This document shows positions 16,181 through 25,928 of a stretch of DNA of 64,000 nt, piece by piece; position 1 is the stretch's first letter, and the number at the start of each line of letters is the position of its first letter. The stretch is from Thermoguttaceae bacterium. Its GTDB lineage: Bacteria > Planctomycetota > Planctomycetia > Pirellulales > Thermoguttaceae. The position numbers and the translations under genes were made by a program. The notes beneath the pieces were generated by a model, which had not been told where the DNA came from, made no database searches, and saw only the letters and a program-made list of their open reading frames with translations. The stretch spans positions 43,688 through 107,687 of the forward strand of contig JAFRFG010000012.1 in NCBI GenBank assembly GCA_017434455.1, read 5' to 3'.

Positions 16181-18694
16181 TTAGGGCATAGTGCCCGCCG
16201 GGGCTCCCGGCTGTACGCCGGTGCTGCCGGCCCGGCTGGCCCAATACTTTCTGTCCAGTTCGTATGGGTCGACCGATGTTTTGGGGTCGTGATCCTGGGG
16301 AAGAACCCCGTAGCGCTTCATCTCCCGAACGTAGGCCGGACTGGGAACGAACGGCCGCATCGTAAAACGATTGCTCTCGTACAGAATATAATCCCGCCCC
16401 CTTTGAATCCCCGCCAGGATCACCTGATAATCGGGATCGTCACTCGACGCGAATATAGGAGCTTTTGTGCCGTCCTCCCGGCTTTCGACACACCGCCCAA
16501 ACCCGCCGGCCTCCTCGGCCAGCGGCATGCGGAGGATCTTCGATTTCTCCGGCCGCGAAAGATTAAAGTAATCGTGCCGCTTCACGTACCGCTGGTACTG
16601 ATGCACATCCTCACGATCCTCCGAAAGAGTGTGAGGAAGATTCTTCTCAACGTCGTCGGGCACATGACACCCGTCGCACCGGCGAGTGATCGCCTCGGCC
16701 ATCGCCGCCGTCTCGGGCCAGTCCTTGTCGTTGTGCGTATTGACGTTCTTATAAAACCACCCGATCAGCCCCGTTCCGTTGGCCGCGTAAGTCCCGGCGT
16801 ACGGCGCCCCGGCCTCCAGCCAGAATCGAACAAAACGAAGCTCCTCGTCGGTCATCTCTACCCCCTGATGATGATCTAAAAGCATCTGATACAGCGTGCT
16901 GGCCTGACTGCCGATCGCGTAAGGAGGAAAGTCGCTCATCTTGCGGTTGCGATTGTCGCCGAGCATCGAACGCCGAGAAATCTCCCAGTAGCTCCGGCAG
17001 TAAATCGGCATCCAGTCGCCGGTTAAATCGACCCCGCCGTCAGACCGGTCGGCGTTGTGGCACTCGACGCAGTACTTGTCGAAAAGCGGCTGTATGTCCC
17101 GCGGAAAATCGTAGACGTCGGGAATACCCGCCAGCGGCTCGGGCCAGCGCGGCTCGGCCGCCGCGGTGAAGACGTTGTGATGGAAACTCGTCCCCGGTGC
17201 CTCGGTGCGCCGCTCGTGACAGCCGATACACGAGGTTACCTCGCCCGGCATGACCGAGGTGAAACTGTGCATGCGCTTGACCGAACGCCCCTGGTGGTCC
17301 AGCGCGATAAATAGAAAACTCCGACCGGCCGGCAGCCGAATCGCCGCCGCCCCCTCGGGCGAAACGGGAACCGTGCCCCAAATCCGCTCCAGCGTAAAGG
17401 TGCCGATGTACGACATTTGATCCATGCCGCCGCTGTAGTGGATCGGCTCGGGAAGCGTCTCTAAAACCAAAAGCTCCTTGACCGTCCCGCGCGGAACCTC
17501 CGCCATCTGACGCCCGGCGTAGATGTCCGAAAGAATCAAAACGCCGGTGTCGTCCCCCTCGGGGGGAACCAGATCGACCAGCTCCGGTGGGGGATCCTGC
17601 GCGATGATTGGCCGCGGCTCGTTGATCCAGTATCCTTTCTCCGACTTGGGAAGGCGATAGATCTCTTCCTCCTTCCCCTCGGCGCTGACCAACACCAGCG
17701 CGCCGTATTTGGCCGCCATGAACTCACCCTCGGAAAACGGCCAGGGGTCGCTGTGAATGTTCTTTTTCGAAATGTAAGTCGCCGCCGAAAAGTCGTCGGG
17801 GCCCAGCTGCGGGTTGATCAGCGCGATTCGGCCGTAATGCTCCCGCTCGCCGTGGCCGGGGGAGATCGTCGCGGCGATCAAAGGACTGTTCGGAACCGGC
17901 TTGGCACCGATGAACAGCATGCCGGGGAATTGATTCCCGAACAGAACCATCTGACGCGTACCGTCGGGGTTCATTGTCCAAAGATGATGATACGAGACCT
18001 GGTCGCGGTCGACGTATTCCCAGCGGGTATAGATCACCCGCCCGTCGGCCAGAAGCCAGGGGGTGTTGTCCTGCTCGACGTTCGCCGAAAGAGGTCGGAT
18101 GTTTTCCCCATTGGGCCCGCAGCGGTGGATCGTCGCCACCTGCGTGACCCAGCATTGAACGAATCGGTCGCAGCGGGTGGAGCAGAATAGTATGTCCCCG
18201 CCGGGGAGAATGCACGGCTCAATGTCGTCGTAATCGCCGGAGGTGATCTGACGCAGACCGCTGCCGTCGGTCTTGATCTGGTAAAGGTTGTAATGCTCGG
18301 TCCCCTCCTTGAGGTAGGAGAAAAGAATCGTCTCCCCGTCGCTGTGGAGAATCGGGTCACGCACCGAGCCGTGCTTGTCCTCGAAAATGATCCGCGCCTG
18401 ACCGCTGTCCAGATCGAGTATCCTCAGTGAACCCCCGCCGTGCGGGGTGAAAGGATAGTCGTGCTCGTCGCCGGCGTAATGGCCGAAGTTGGCGTACCAG
18501 TGCGGGTCACTCCCCGGGCGGCGGACGGCGAAGAGAATCTCGCGGATGCCCCGCATGCCTTCCTGGCGGAAGGCGGGGAGGAGCTTTGGCGCCTCCTGTG
18601 CGGGCTCTTGTGCGGGGATGGTTGGGCACAAGGGGAGCGCGGAGAGGATGGCCAACGCGAGGATGGCTAATTGTATTGTTGTGGGGGTGCGCAT
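16181..18694 (-). CDS. secreted TolB-like beta-propeller / c-type cytochrome protein, paralog 2
   Basis: 837 aa, collinear with paralog 1 and highly similar, with the same three CxxCH motifs. Divergence is concentrated in the signal/N-terminus, a mid-protein patch and the segment after CDGCH. Confidence 0.85.
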   Translation of the reverse strand: MRTPTTIQLAILALAILSALPLCPTIPAQEPAQEAPKLLPAFRQEGMRGIREILFAVRRPGSDPHWYANFGHYAGDEHDYPFTPHGGGSLRILDLDSGQARIIFEDKHGSVRDPILHSDGETILFSYLKEGTEHYNLYQIKTDGSGLRQITSGDYDDIEPCILPGGDILFCSTRCDRFVQCWVTQVATIHRCGPNGENIRPLSANVEQDNTPWLLADGRVIYTRWEYVDRDQVSYHHLWTMNPDGTRQMVLFGNQFPGMLFIGAKPVPNSPLIAATISPGHGEREHYGRIALINPQLGPDDFSAATYISKKNIHSDPWPFSEGEFMAAKYGALVLVSAEGKEEEIYRLPKSEKGYWINEPRPIIAQDPPPELVDLVPPEGDDTGVLILSDIYAGRQMAEVPRGTVKELLVLETLPEPIHYSGGMDQMSYIGTFTLERIWGTVPVSPEGAAAIRLPAGRSFLFIALDHQGRSVKRMHSFTSVMPGEVTSCIGCHERRTEAPGTSFHHNVFTAAAEPRWPEPLAGIPDVYDFPRDIQPLFDKYCVECHNADRSDGGVDLTGDWMPIYCRSYWEISRRSMLGDNRNRKMSDFPPYAIGSQASTLYQMLLDHHQGVEMTDEELRFVRFWLEAGAPYAGTYAANGTGLIGWFYKNVNTHNDKDWPETAAMAEAITRRCDGCHVPDDVEKNLPHTLSEDREDVHQYQRYVKRHDYFNLSRPEKSKILRMPLAEEAGGFGRCVESREDGTKAPIFASSDDPDYQVILAGIQRGRDYILYESNRFTMRPFVPSPAYVREMKRYGVLPQDHDPKTSVDPYELDRKYWASRAGSTGVQPGAPAGTMP

Positions 18695-18714
18695 TATGGT
18701 TTACCGGGGAACCT

Positions 18715-19083
18715 GGTAGGGTGATTTGTACCAACTAACCGCGGGATAGCGCGGCCAGTTTTTTTGCGTGATGGCGACTTTTGGTTTTCGGCCGCTGCTC
18801 CCGCTCCGTTCAGCCGCCCCCGTAGGGCCTGTCGGCTTGCTGCCGTTTGCTGGCGGATGACAGGGGGTGTTGGCTTGACTTTTTGCGGGGGGCGGCTTTT
18901 GGGTTAGTTTTGTTGTGTTGTTGTTTTCTTCTTTGTTTCTTTTGCCTCCGGCGGCAAGCGCAGTGCGCTTGACCACTGTTGCCGTTGCTGGAGCGTGCGG
19001 TGTAGGAAGATCACCGCGGCGCTTTCGCTTACGTTGTTCGCTCGTCTGAGGAACAACGTGACGAACGGCTGCCTTGTTGTGGT
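18715..19083. repeat. intergenic repeat copy C
   Basis: Aligns with copies A and B. Its right end abuts the stop codon of the sirtuin gene (19084), and its left end lies ~20 nt from the ATG of paralog 2. Confidence 0.85.
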
Positions 19084-19839
19084 TTAGGATATAGCGGCCT
19101 CAGAAAGAACTTTTCCCAAAGGTGCGTGAATCACCAAATCCGCGTTATCGTCCTGCGGGGTCGGCTCGGCGTTGATAATCACAAACCTCGCCGAACGATC
19201 CCGCCGGTTCGGCAGCTCCGCGGCGGGATAAACCCCCAGCGACGTCCCCAGCGCCAGAACCAGATCGGCCGACTCGAACGCGAAGACCGACGCTCCCAGC
19301 GCGAACTCGGGAAGCCCCTCGCCGAAGAAAACAATATCGGGCTTAAGCACCCCGCCGCAGGCGCAGCGGGGAACCTTGCCGGCGGCTAACAGATCGGTGA
19401 GCTCGCGCGCCGCCTCGGCCTCCTTTCCGTCGAGTTGATACAGCCGCCCGCAGTCGCGGCAGGTGAGCGTCCGAAGCGAGCCGTGCAGTTCATAAACGGT
19501 CCGCGACCCGGCCTTCTGATGAAGATTATCGATGTTTTGCGTGGCGATCGTGACCTCGCGGCCGGAGTTCTCCAGCGCGGCGAGCGCCAGATGCCCGGCG
19601 TTGGGACGGGCGTCGACGATCGACCGGTAGACGGGACCGAAGGTTTGATAGAACCGCTCGGGATAGCGGTTGAAGAAGGAAATATTGAAAACCTCCTCAC
19701 TGGTGACGGTCCGGTACAGACCGTTCGGCGAACGGAAATCGGGGATGCCGCTTTCGGTGGATATCCCCGCGCCGGTTAGAACGGCGATATGCCGGGCGCC
19801 GACCAGAAGGTTCTTTAATGTCGAAATCTGATAGGACAT
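19084..19839 (-). CDS. cobB: NAD-dependent protein deacylase, Sir2/CobB family
   Basis: 251 aa with GAGISTESGIPDFRS, YELHGS (catalytic His) and a Zn ribbon CRDCG..CACGG. This is the canonical stand-alone sirtuin architecture. Confidence 0.9.
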   Translation of the reverse strand: MSYQISTLKNLLVGARHIAVLTGAGISTESGIPDFRSPNGLYRTVTSEEVFNISFFNRYPERFYQTFGPVYRSIVDARPNAGHLALAALENSGREVTIATQNIDNLHQKAGSRTVYELHGSLRTLTCRDCGRLYQLDGKEAEAARELTDLLAAGKVPRCACGGVLKPDIVFFGEGLPEFALGASVFAFESADLVLALGTSLGVYPAAELPNRRDRSARFVIINAEPTPQDDNADLVIHAPLGKVLSEAAIS

Positions 19840-19869
19840 AAACGGTATCGCTTGACGGTTTGTTTTGCG

Positions 19870-22800
19870 TTAACTCGCGCTGCGGTCGTCCAGCAGGTAG
19901 TACGCCGCCGCTCCCTGGGGGTCGTCGAAGGAAAGAACGCCGTCTTCCAGTGTTGCGGGGCGCTCGCCGCCCAGTGAGCCGAGACCCAAACGATGGAACA
20001 GCCGCGGACGGGCGAACTCCCCCTCGATGGGAAGATGAACTTTTCCGCCGGGACCGGTCAGGCGGATCTCGTAAAGGGCACCCCCCGCGACGCGCCGATC
20101 TTCGGGAACCGGGAAGAAGGCGATCTTCTCGTACGGCTGCTCGGTGAAAATAAAGGGAGTCCCGTCGATGGTGATTCGGTCGGTCCCCTCGCCGTAGAAG
20201 GCGATCGGCCGGCCGGTGTCGCCGCAGCGGAAACCGACGATCTCCTTTCCCCGATAGTCGATTGTCTTGCCGGCGACCGTCAGATCGGTCAGCTCCAGCT
20301 CGTTGGAATCCAGCGGATTGTTCTCCAGCGCCTTCGCGTCCTCGTCGGCGTTGCGATGAAAACCGCCGCTCCATGTCTCGCGATGCCGGCGGTAGTGCTT
20401 GGCCACGGCGACGGCGCCGTTCGGGAAGGTCGTGGCCAGGTACGGCGTCTGGCGGGAGACGACCGTTGGGTTGTCGCCCGGCTGTTTTGTGTCGGGGTAC
20501 GCGCCCAAAAGACGGAGGGTATCGAACCAGACGCGCGTCTCGTAGCCGAGGGAGGCCGACTGGTCGTCCCGCGGACGGAAGCCGAGATACGACGCCTGAC
20601 CCCGGCGCCATCCGACGATCTGGCCGTCGCAGCGGGCGAGAATTTCGGTGCCGTCAGAGGCGTCCGCGGCCGGATGGATGGGGTAGATATAGTCGACCGG
20701 CAGGTCGGTGAGGATCGTCTGGGGCTCGATTTCGGAAAGTGTTCCTTCAAATTCCACCCGCCGGCCCGGACGCTCCAGCCCCAGAACGGCGTGTTCGACC
20801 GACTCGATGCCGAAGATCTCCCGCCAGCGGTCGTAGATCGGCGTTCCGTCCAGATCGTCCAGCGCGGGAGGGCCGGACCAGATCACTCGGCCGCCGGAGG
20901 AGAGAAACTCTTGGAGGAACTCCAGCAGCCCCGCGGGGGGAATCGTCTCGTACAGGGCGCAGACGGTGGTGTATCGGCGGCCGCGCACGTCGATGGCGCC
21001 TTGATCGATCTTGCCGTACTGAAGCAGCTTCTCGGCGGTGATGTAGTTGGCGTAGCCGTACTGCGTCATCCACGATCCGAAGCGCTCGCGGCAGGCGACC
21101 AGCGACAGTGGGTAGAGCATAAGAACCTCGATGTCGCGGTGCTGGCCGGCCTCCAGCCCCATCATCTCCTCGAACGGGGCGTTGCCGTAGGCCGCCTCGA
21201 TCAGGTGATGGCGCCGCGCGGCTTTGGCGGGAAGGCCCCAGCAGGCGGCGTAGGCGTTCGGGGTATCGTTCAGTGAACCGGTCGAACAGGCCAGCGCCTG
21301 GCCGTAGTAGTCCCGGTCGGACCAGCCCCCCTCGGCGTGGTCGTTCCCCCCGCCGGTGAGATAGTCGTTCCAGCGGAAGTAGTCGTCGCACGCCGCGGCG
21401 GCCTGATGAACCGTGTTGGACCAAAGGAAATCGGAAGTGTACTCGTAGCGGCTCTGCTGGTCGCCCCGCCAGCGGTCGATCGTGGGGCTCTGCGCCCAGG
21501 TGGCGTGCGCCCGGGCGGTTAACTTGTGACCGTAGAGCGACTCGGCGAATTTTTTCGCCCCGGCGAACAGATCGACGACCGTCTTGTGCAGAAGATCGAA
21601 ATACCGGCGGCGCAATAGCCATGCCTCCCGCACCCCGCCGGCCTCGGGGATGTGCTGCGCGGGAACCGTCGCCTCGACTGAGTTGGAGAAGTCGTGCGGG
21701 GCGGCGAGAAAGTAAACCAGATACTTCTGGAAATCGCGGTACTTCTCGCCGTATTTTTCGGCGAAGGCGCTGATCATCCCCTCCGAAAGGTACCGCAGCG
21801 AGAACTGACCGGCCTCCTGGTGGTTGTGGTAGGCCCAGTCCTGCTGAATGTGGATCTCGTCGGCGTAAAGGGCGTTGAGCCGAATCCCGGCGTCGTGGTA
21901 CTTCGTGACCAGCGTCTCCAGGAAGGGACGCGCCTCGGGGCTGAAGTAGTCCATCTCGGGGGTCTTGTACGAGACGACCGCCATAATCCGGTCGTACCCG
22001 GTCAGGTCGGCCCCGGCGGGGTTGTCGTGCCCTTGGCCGGTGATGCTGATTCTCACCAGGGGGGTGTTCCCTTCGTCGGAGGTCACCTCATAGGGGACGC
22101 TCAGCTCGATGATCTCCTCTTCCGCCACCGGGTAAAAGAGCTGGCGCGAGATGCTCGGCTTTTCTCGGAAGGCGAACAGGCGCACCCCCGTTCGCTCGGG
22201 GTGGATCACCCCTTTGTTGTTCTTCCAGGAACGGTGCTCCCAAAGCGCGATGTCGAAACGGCCCGAGACCGGGTCGCGCCATCCCTCGCGAAACTGTACC
22301 CAGCGCCCGGTTTGGCCGGTTGCTTCGGCGAAACGCCCGCCGATCTCCAGGGGGCTGAGTAAACTTAATTCCAGGCCGAGGTCGTATTCGGCGAGAAAAT
22401 TGCTAATTCTTCCGGTCAGCTCGATGTAGCGGTCCGAGTCGGGGAACAGCAGCCGCGGCTGATCGGCGACGTCCGTGCGGTACGCCTTCCAGAACTCGTC
22501 GAACGCCAAAACGATCGTTCGGGCGCCGGCTTTCTTCGCGTCCTCGCGGATCTTCCGCAGTGTCGTTAACTGCGCGTTGGTGTTTAAGCTGAGGTTTACC
22601 TCCCGGTCGGGGTCGGCCGCCAGGTCCTCGAGCTGCTGGTCGTCGACTAAAATGATCCCGCGCCCGGGGAGGTACCTCTCCCAGACCCCCTCGAAGCCGA
22701 GGACCGGGTCGGGGAAGGCCGCCTTCGGGTCGGCGGCTTGCGGCGCGTCGTCGGCCGACAGGGCGGAGGCGCCCAGCATGAGGGGGGCGCCCAGCAGGCA

Positions 22801-22896
22801 CAGCGAGCCGGTGGAGAGGAAGAAATCGCGGCGGGAGAGCCGGTTGGCCGGGCGGTCGGAAGGGTTGTCGGAAGGGATGCTCATAGGGGTTTTCAC
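19870..22896 (-). CDS. large TAT-signal exported protein of unknown function (possibly glycoside-hydrolase-like)
   Basis: 1008-aa ORF with G/C third-position bias and the N-terminus ..RLSRRDFFLSTGSLCLLGAPLMLGASALSA. The track start is a GTG at 22896; an alternative ATG lies at 22884. I recognise no diagnostic catalytic motif. Confidence 0.7.
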   Translation of the reverse strand: MKTPMSIPSDNPSDRPANRLSRRDFFLSTGSLCLLGAPLMLGASALSADDAPQAADPKAAFPDPVLGFEGVWERYLPGRGIILVDDQQLEDLAADPDREVNLSLNTNAQLTTLRKIREDAKKAGARTIVLAFDEFWKAYRTDVADQPRLLFPDSDRYIELTGRISNFLAEYDLGLELSLLSPLEIGGRFAEATGQTGRWVQFREGWRDPVSGRFDIALWEHRSWKNNKGVIHPERTGVRLFAFREKPSISRQLFYPVAEEEIIELSVPYEVTSDEGNTPLVRISITGQGHDNPAGADLTGYDRIMAVVSYKTPEMDYFSPEARPFLETLVTKYHDAGIRLNALYADEIHIQQDWAYHNHQEAGQFSLRYLSEGMISAFAEKYGEKYRDFQKYLVYFLAAPHDFSNSVEATVPAQHIPEAGGVREAWLLRRRYFDLLHKTVVDLFAGAKKFAESLYGHKLTARAHATWAQSPTIDRWRGDQQSRYEYTSDFLWSNTVHQAAAACDDYFRWNDYLTGGGNDHAEGGWSDRDYYGQALACSTGSLNDTPNAYAACWGLPAKAARRHHLIEAAYGNAPFEEMMGLEAGQHRDIEVLMLYPLSLVACRERFGSWMTQYGYANYITAEKLLQYGKIDQGAIDVRGRRYTTVCALYETIPPAGLLEFLQEFLSSGGRVIWSGPPALDDLDGTPIYDRWREIFGIESVEHAVLGLERPGRRVEFEGTLSEIEPQTILTDLPVDYIYPIHPAADASDGTEILARCDGQIVGWRRGQASYLGFRPRDDQSASLGYETRVWFDTLRLLGAYPDTKQPGDNPTVVSRQTPYLATTFPNGAVAVAKHYRRHRETWSGGFHRNADEDAKALENNPLDSNELELTDLTVAGKTIDYRGKEIVGFRCGDTGRPIAFYGEGTDRITIDGTPFIFTEQPYEKIAFFPVPEDRRVAGGALYEIRLTGPGGKVHLPIEGEFARPRLFHRLGLGSLGGERPATLEDGVLSFDDPQGAAAYYLLDDRSAS

Positions 22897-23061
22897 CGGA
22901 GGTTGAGGGCGTTTTTGGGCATGTGAAATGATCTTTCGATAATAACAATGGGCGATGGTTATATCTAAAGGTTATTGTATTCTCCCGCCGGGGGGGATAC
23001 AAGCGCTCAAGACGCGCCCTCGGGACCCCAAGCGCACCGGGCGGCGCGGGGGGCCGCCCCC

Positions 23062-23090
23062 TAGACAGTTTGGCCCCGGACGGGTAAAAT
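23062..23090 (+). promoter_or_regulatory. sigma70-like promoter candidate upstream of rpsB, overlapping a 10-bp inverted repeat
   Basis: TAGACA-N17-TAAAAT about 200 nt upstream of the rpsB ATG. The inverted repeat acagtttggc..gccaaactgt (23065-23103) brackets the -10 box. Confidence 0.35.
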
Positions 23091-23290
23091 GGTGCCAAAC
23101 TGTAGTGTCCCCAAACGCGCCGCCTGTAATCAATCGTCCGGGCAGGTTCGCTCCCGGCGGCGGCGCGAGGGGGGTAATTTTAAGCGAACCAAAACAATTT
23201 AAGTTAAGTTTCGTTTCCGGCGAACGCCCAAGAAGACCGCGTGTCGCGCTTGCGATGGACCGGTGCGAGACGAATAGGAAGGCAGCTGAA

Positions 23291-24043
23291 ATGGCAGAGA
23301 AACTCTCGATTCAGGTTCAAGATCTCCTCGACGCGGGTGTCCACCTGGGCCACCGCGCCAGTCATTGGAATCCGAAGATGCGTCCGTACGTCTACGGCCG
23401 CCGCAAGCTCATCCACATCATCGATCTGCGTGAGACGGTCCGCGGCATTCTCCGCGCGAAGAAGTACCTCCGCCAGGTCGTCGCCTCCGGCGGCACCGTG
23501 CTGTTCGTCGGTACCAAGCGCCAGGCCTCCGAGACCGTTCAGGCCCAGGCCGAGCGCTGCGGTATGCCGTACGTCAGCGAGCGCTGGCTCGGCGGTACCC
23601 TGACCAACTTCCGGACGATCCGCAGCCGCCTGGGCCGCCTCGAAGAGCTGGAAGCGATTATGGAAAACAAAGACGAGGACAAGGGGCTGTCGACCTACTC
23701 GAAGAAGATGCAGGCCTCGCTGCAGCGCGAGTACAAAAAGATGTTCCGCAACCTCAACGGCATCCGCAATATGGACCGCTATCCCGAGGTCCTGGTCGTC
23801 GTCGACCCCCGCAAAGAGAAGAACGCCGTTCACGAGGCCCGCACGATGGGCGCCGTCTCGGTCGCCCTGATCGATACCGACTCCGACCCCGACGAAGTCG
23901 ATCTGCCGATCCCGGGCAACGACGATTCGATCCGCTCGATCGATCTGATCCTCTCGCAGCTGGCCGACGCGGTTTTGGAAGGAGCGGCCGAAGCGGCCAC
24001 CGCGAAGCTGGCCGGTGAAGAGCCCGCCAAAGACGCCGAGTAG
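23291..24043 (+). CDS. rpsB: 30S ribosomal protein S2
   Basis: Start reassigned to [30 protein letters not shown].., in frame with track ORF 22955..24043. It is followed by tsf. Confidence 0.95.
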   Translation: MAEKLSIQVQDLLDAGVHLGHRASHWNPKMRPYVYGRRKLIHIIDLRETVRGILRAKKYLRQVVASGGTVLFVGTKRQASETVQAQAERCGMPYVSERWLGGTLTNFRTIRSRLGRLEELEAIMENKDEDKGLSTYSKKMQASLQREYKKMFRNLNGIRNMDRYPEVLVVVDPRKEKNAVHEARTMGAVSVALIDTDSDPDEVDLPIPGNDDSIRSIDLILSQLADAVLEGAAEAATAKLAGEEPAKDAE

Positions 24044-24150
24044 GGTTTGTTTTTTCGCGCCCGGGGCCGAAGCTGAAAAAGCGCTTGGCCGCGGGCGTCG
24101 TCCAATCGAAGATATTGTTCTGAAAACACCTCATATAAAGGAGTATTACT

Positions 24151-24978
24151 ATGCCGGAAATTACCGCCGCTATGGTGAAGGCGTTCCGTGAGAAGACCGG
24201 GCTTCCGATGCTCGAGTGCAAAAAGGCCCTCAGCGAGGCCGACGGCGATCAGGAGAAAGCGATCGAGCTGCTGCGCAAGTCGGGCAAAAAGACGATGGAG
24301 AAGCGTCAGGACCGCGTGACCGAATGCGGCCGCATCACCATCTACAAGGGGGCCAACGGCGTCACCTCGATGGTCGAGATGCTCTGCGAGTCCGCCCCGG
24401 TGACCAACAACGCCGAGTTCATCGCGATGTGCGAGGGGATCGCCAAGCAGCTGGCCGAGGGCCCCGGCGCCGCGACGGTCGACGAGCTGTTCGAGCAGCC
24501 GTTCCCGGGCAAAGACGTCTCGATCCGGATGGTCTTCGACGACCTGGTCAATAAGATCCGCGAGGTCTTCCGCTGCTCCCGCATCCTGCGGACCGACAGC
24601 AAGACCGGGACCTACGTCCATCACAACAACGCGATCGGCGTCATCCTCGAGGTCGAGGGGGACAACGAAGAGCTGGCCAACAATATCTGCATGCACGTCG
24701 CCTCGATGAATCCCAAGGCGCTGTGCGACGCCGATATCCCGGCCGAGGTCATCGCCAAAGAGCGTGAAATCGCGATGGAGCAGACCAAGCAGCAGAACGC
24801 TAACAAGCCGCAGAACATCCTCGAGAAGATCGTCGACGGCCGCGTCAAGGCCGTCCTCAAGGAGATCTGCCTCCTCGATCAGCCGTACGTCCTCGACGCG
24901 GCCAAGTCGGTCGGTCAGGCGGCCGCCGACGGGGGTCTGAAGATCACCAAGATGCATCACTGGCTCCTCGGCAAGTAA
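24151..24978 (+). CDS. tsf: translation elongation factor Ts
   Basis: MPEITAAMVKAFREKTGLPMLECKKALSEADGDQEKAIELLRKSG, with an AAGGAG ribosome-binding site. Confidence 0.95.
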   Translation: MPEITAAMVKAFREKTGLPMLECKKALSEADGDQEKAIELLRKSGKKTMEKRQDRVTECGRITIYKGANGVTSMVEMLCESAPVTNNAEFIAMCEGIAKQLAEGPGAATVDELFEQPFPGKDVSIRMVFDDLVNKIREVFRCSRILRTDSKTGTYVHHNNAIGVILEVEGDNEELANNICMHVASMNPKALCDADIPAEVIAKEREIAMEQTKQQNANKPQNILEKIVDGRVKAVLKEICLLDQPYVLDAAKSVGQAAADGGLKITKMHHWLLGK

Positions 24979-25003
24979 GAGCGCCGAAATCGGTAAACCG
25001 TTG

Positions 25004-25033
25004 GGCGCGCGGCCGCCGCGCGCCTGTTCTCTT
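25004..25033 (+). terminator. GC hairpin after tsf (weak U-tract)
   Basis: ggcgcgcgg-ccg-ccgcgcgcc: a 9-bp stem followed by tgttctctt. Confidence 0.4.
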
Positions 25034-25038
25034 GAAAC

Positions 25039-25079
25039 GATCCGCCCTTCCCTTATAATGGGGGGCAGATCGTTTTTTT
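25039..25079 (+). terminator. intrinsic terminator-like hairpin between tsf and pyrH
   Basis: gatccgccc..ggggcagatc: a stem with one mismatch, followed by gttttttt. Confidence 0.6.
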
Positions 25080-25146
25080 ATGTCCGCGCTTTGTCTTCGG
25101 ATCATTTATCCCGCGGGAAGTGGAAAGGAATCACTGAAAGGAATCC

Positions 25147-25881
25147 ATGTCAGAGAATCAACCCAAACGGCGCCGTGTTGTCCTAAAAATCTCCGGTGAG
25201 GGGTTCTGTCCTCCCAACGAGCGCGGCATTGTGATGGATTCCGTCAATCATCTGGCCGAGCAGATCGCCCGCGTCTCGCGCGCCGGCGTTCAGATAGCGA
25301 TCGTCATGGGAGGGGGGAATATCCTCCGCGGGGCCGCCTTTAAGGCGTCGAACTCCTCGATTATGGAGTCGACCGCCCACTATATGGGGATGCTGGCGAC
25401 GATCATCAACGGCCTGGCGCTGCAGGACGCCGTCGAGGCCCAGGGGGTGACGACCCGGCTGATGACCGCCGTCAAGGCCGATACCGTCGCCGAGCCGTAT
25501 ATCCGCCGCCGCGCCACCCGCCATTTGGAAAAAGGGCGGATCGTGATCATCGCCGGGGGGACCGGCAGCCCGTTCGTGACGACCGACACGGCCGCGGCCC
25601 AGCGCGCCTTGGAGCTGGACGCCGATGTGCTGCTCAAAGCGACCAAGGTCGACGGCGTCTACAGCGACGACCCCGAGAAGAACCCCGAGGCGGTCTTCTA
25701 TAAGAACCTCACCTACGACGAGGTCAATCTTCAGAAGCTGCGCGTGATGGACAGCGAGGCGATCGCCAAGTGCGCCGAGCACGGAATGCCGATTATGGTC
25801 TTTAATTTTCGAGTCGAGGGGAACCTCCAGCGCGCCGCCGTGGGGGAGCATGTCGGGACGCTGATCTCGGATAAGAAATAA
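25147..25881 (+). CDS. pyrH: UMP kinase
   Basis: 244 aa: [43 protein letters not shown]. Confidence 0.95.
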   Translation: MSENQPKRRRVVLKISGEGFCPPNERGIVMDSVNHLAEQIARVSRAGVQIAIVMGGGNILRGAAFKASNSSIMESTAHYMGMLATIINGLALQDAVEAQGVTTRLMTAVKADTVAEPYIRRRATRHLEKGRIVIIAGGTGSPFVTTDTAAAQRALELDADVLLKATKVDGVYSDDPEKNPEAVFYKNLTYDEVNLQKLRVMDSEAIAKCAEHGMPIMVFNFRVEGNLQRAAVGEHVGTLISDKK

Positions 25882-25928
25882 TCATAAATGTTTGAAAAGC
25901 CGGGCCGATCCGGCGACGGAGAAAGAAA

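Noticed and set aside
13254-18694. Interpreting the hydrazine-synthase-alpha-like paralogs as anammox genes.
   Set aside because: No hzsB/hzsC, hydrazine dehydrogenase or other anammox genes are nearby. This domain architecture is widespread in non-anammox organisms.
19084-19839. The Sir2-domain gene next to restriction-modification genes as a possible defence-type SIR2 effector.
   Set aside because: It is a 251-aa stand-alone sirtuin with the canonical GAGISxxSGIPDFR motif, a catalytic His and a Zn ribbon, and it has no fused sensor or partner gene. It looks like a housekeeping CobB-type deacylase.
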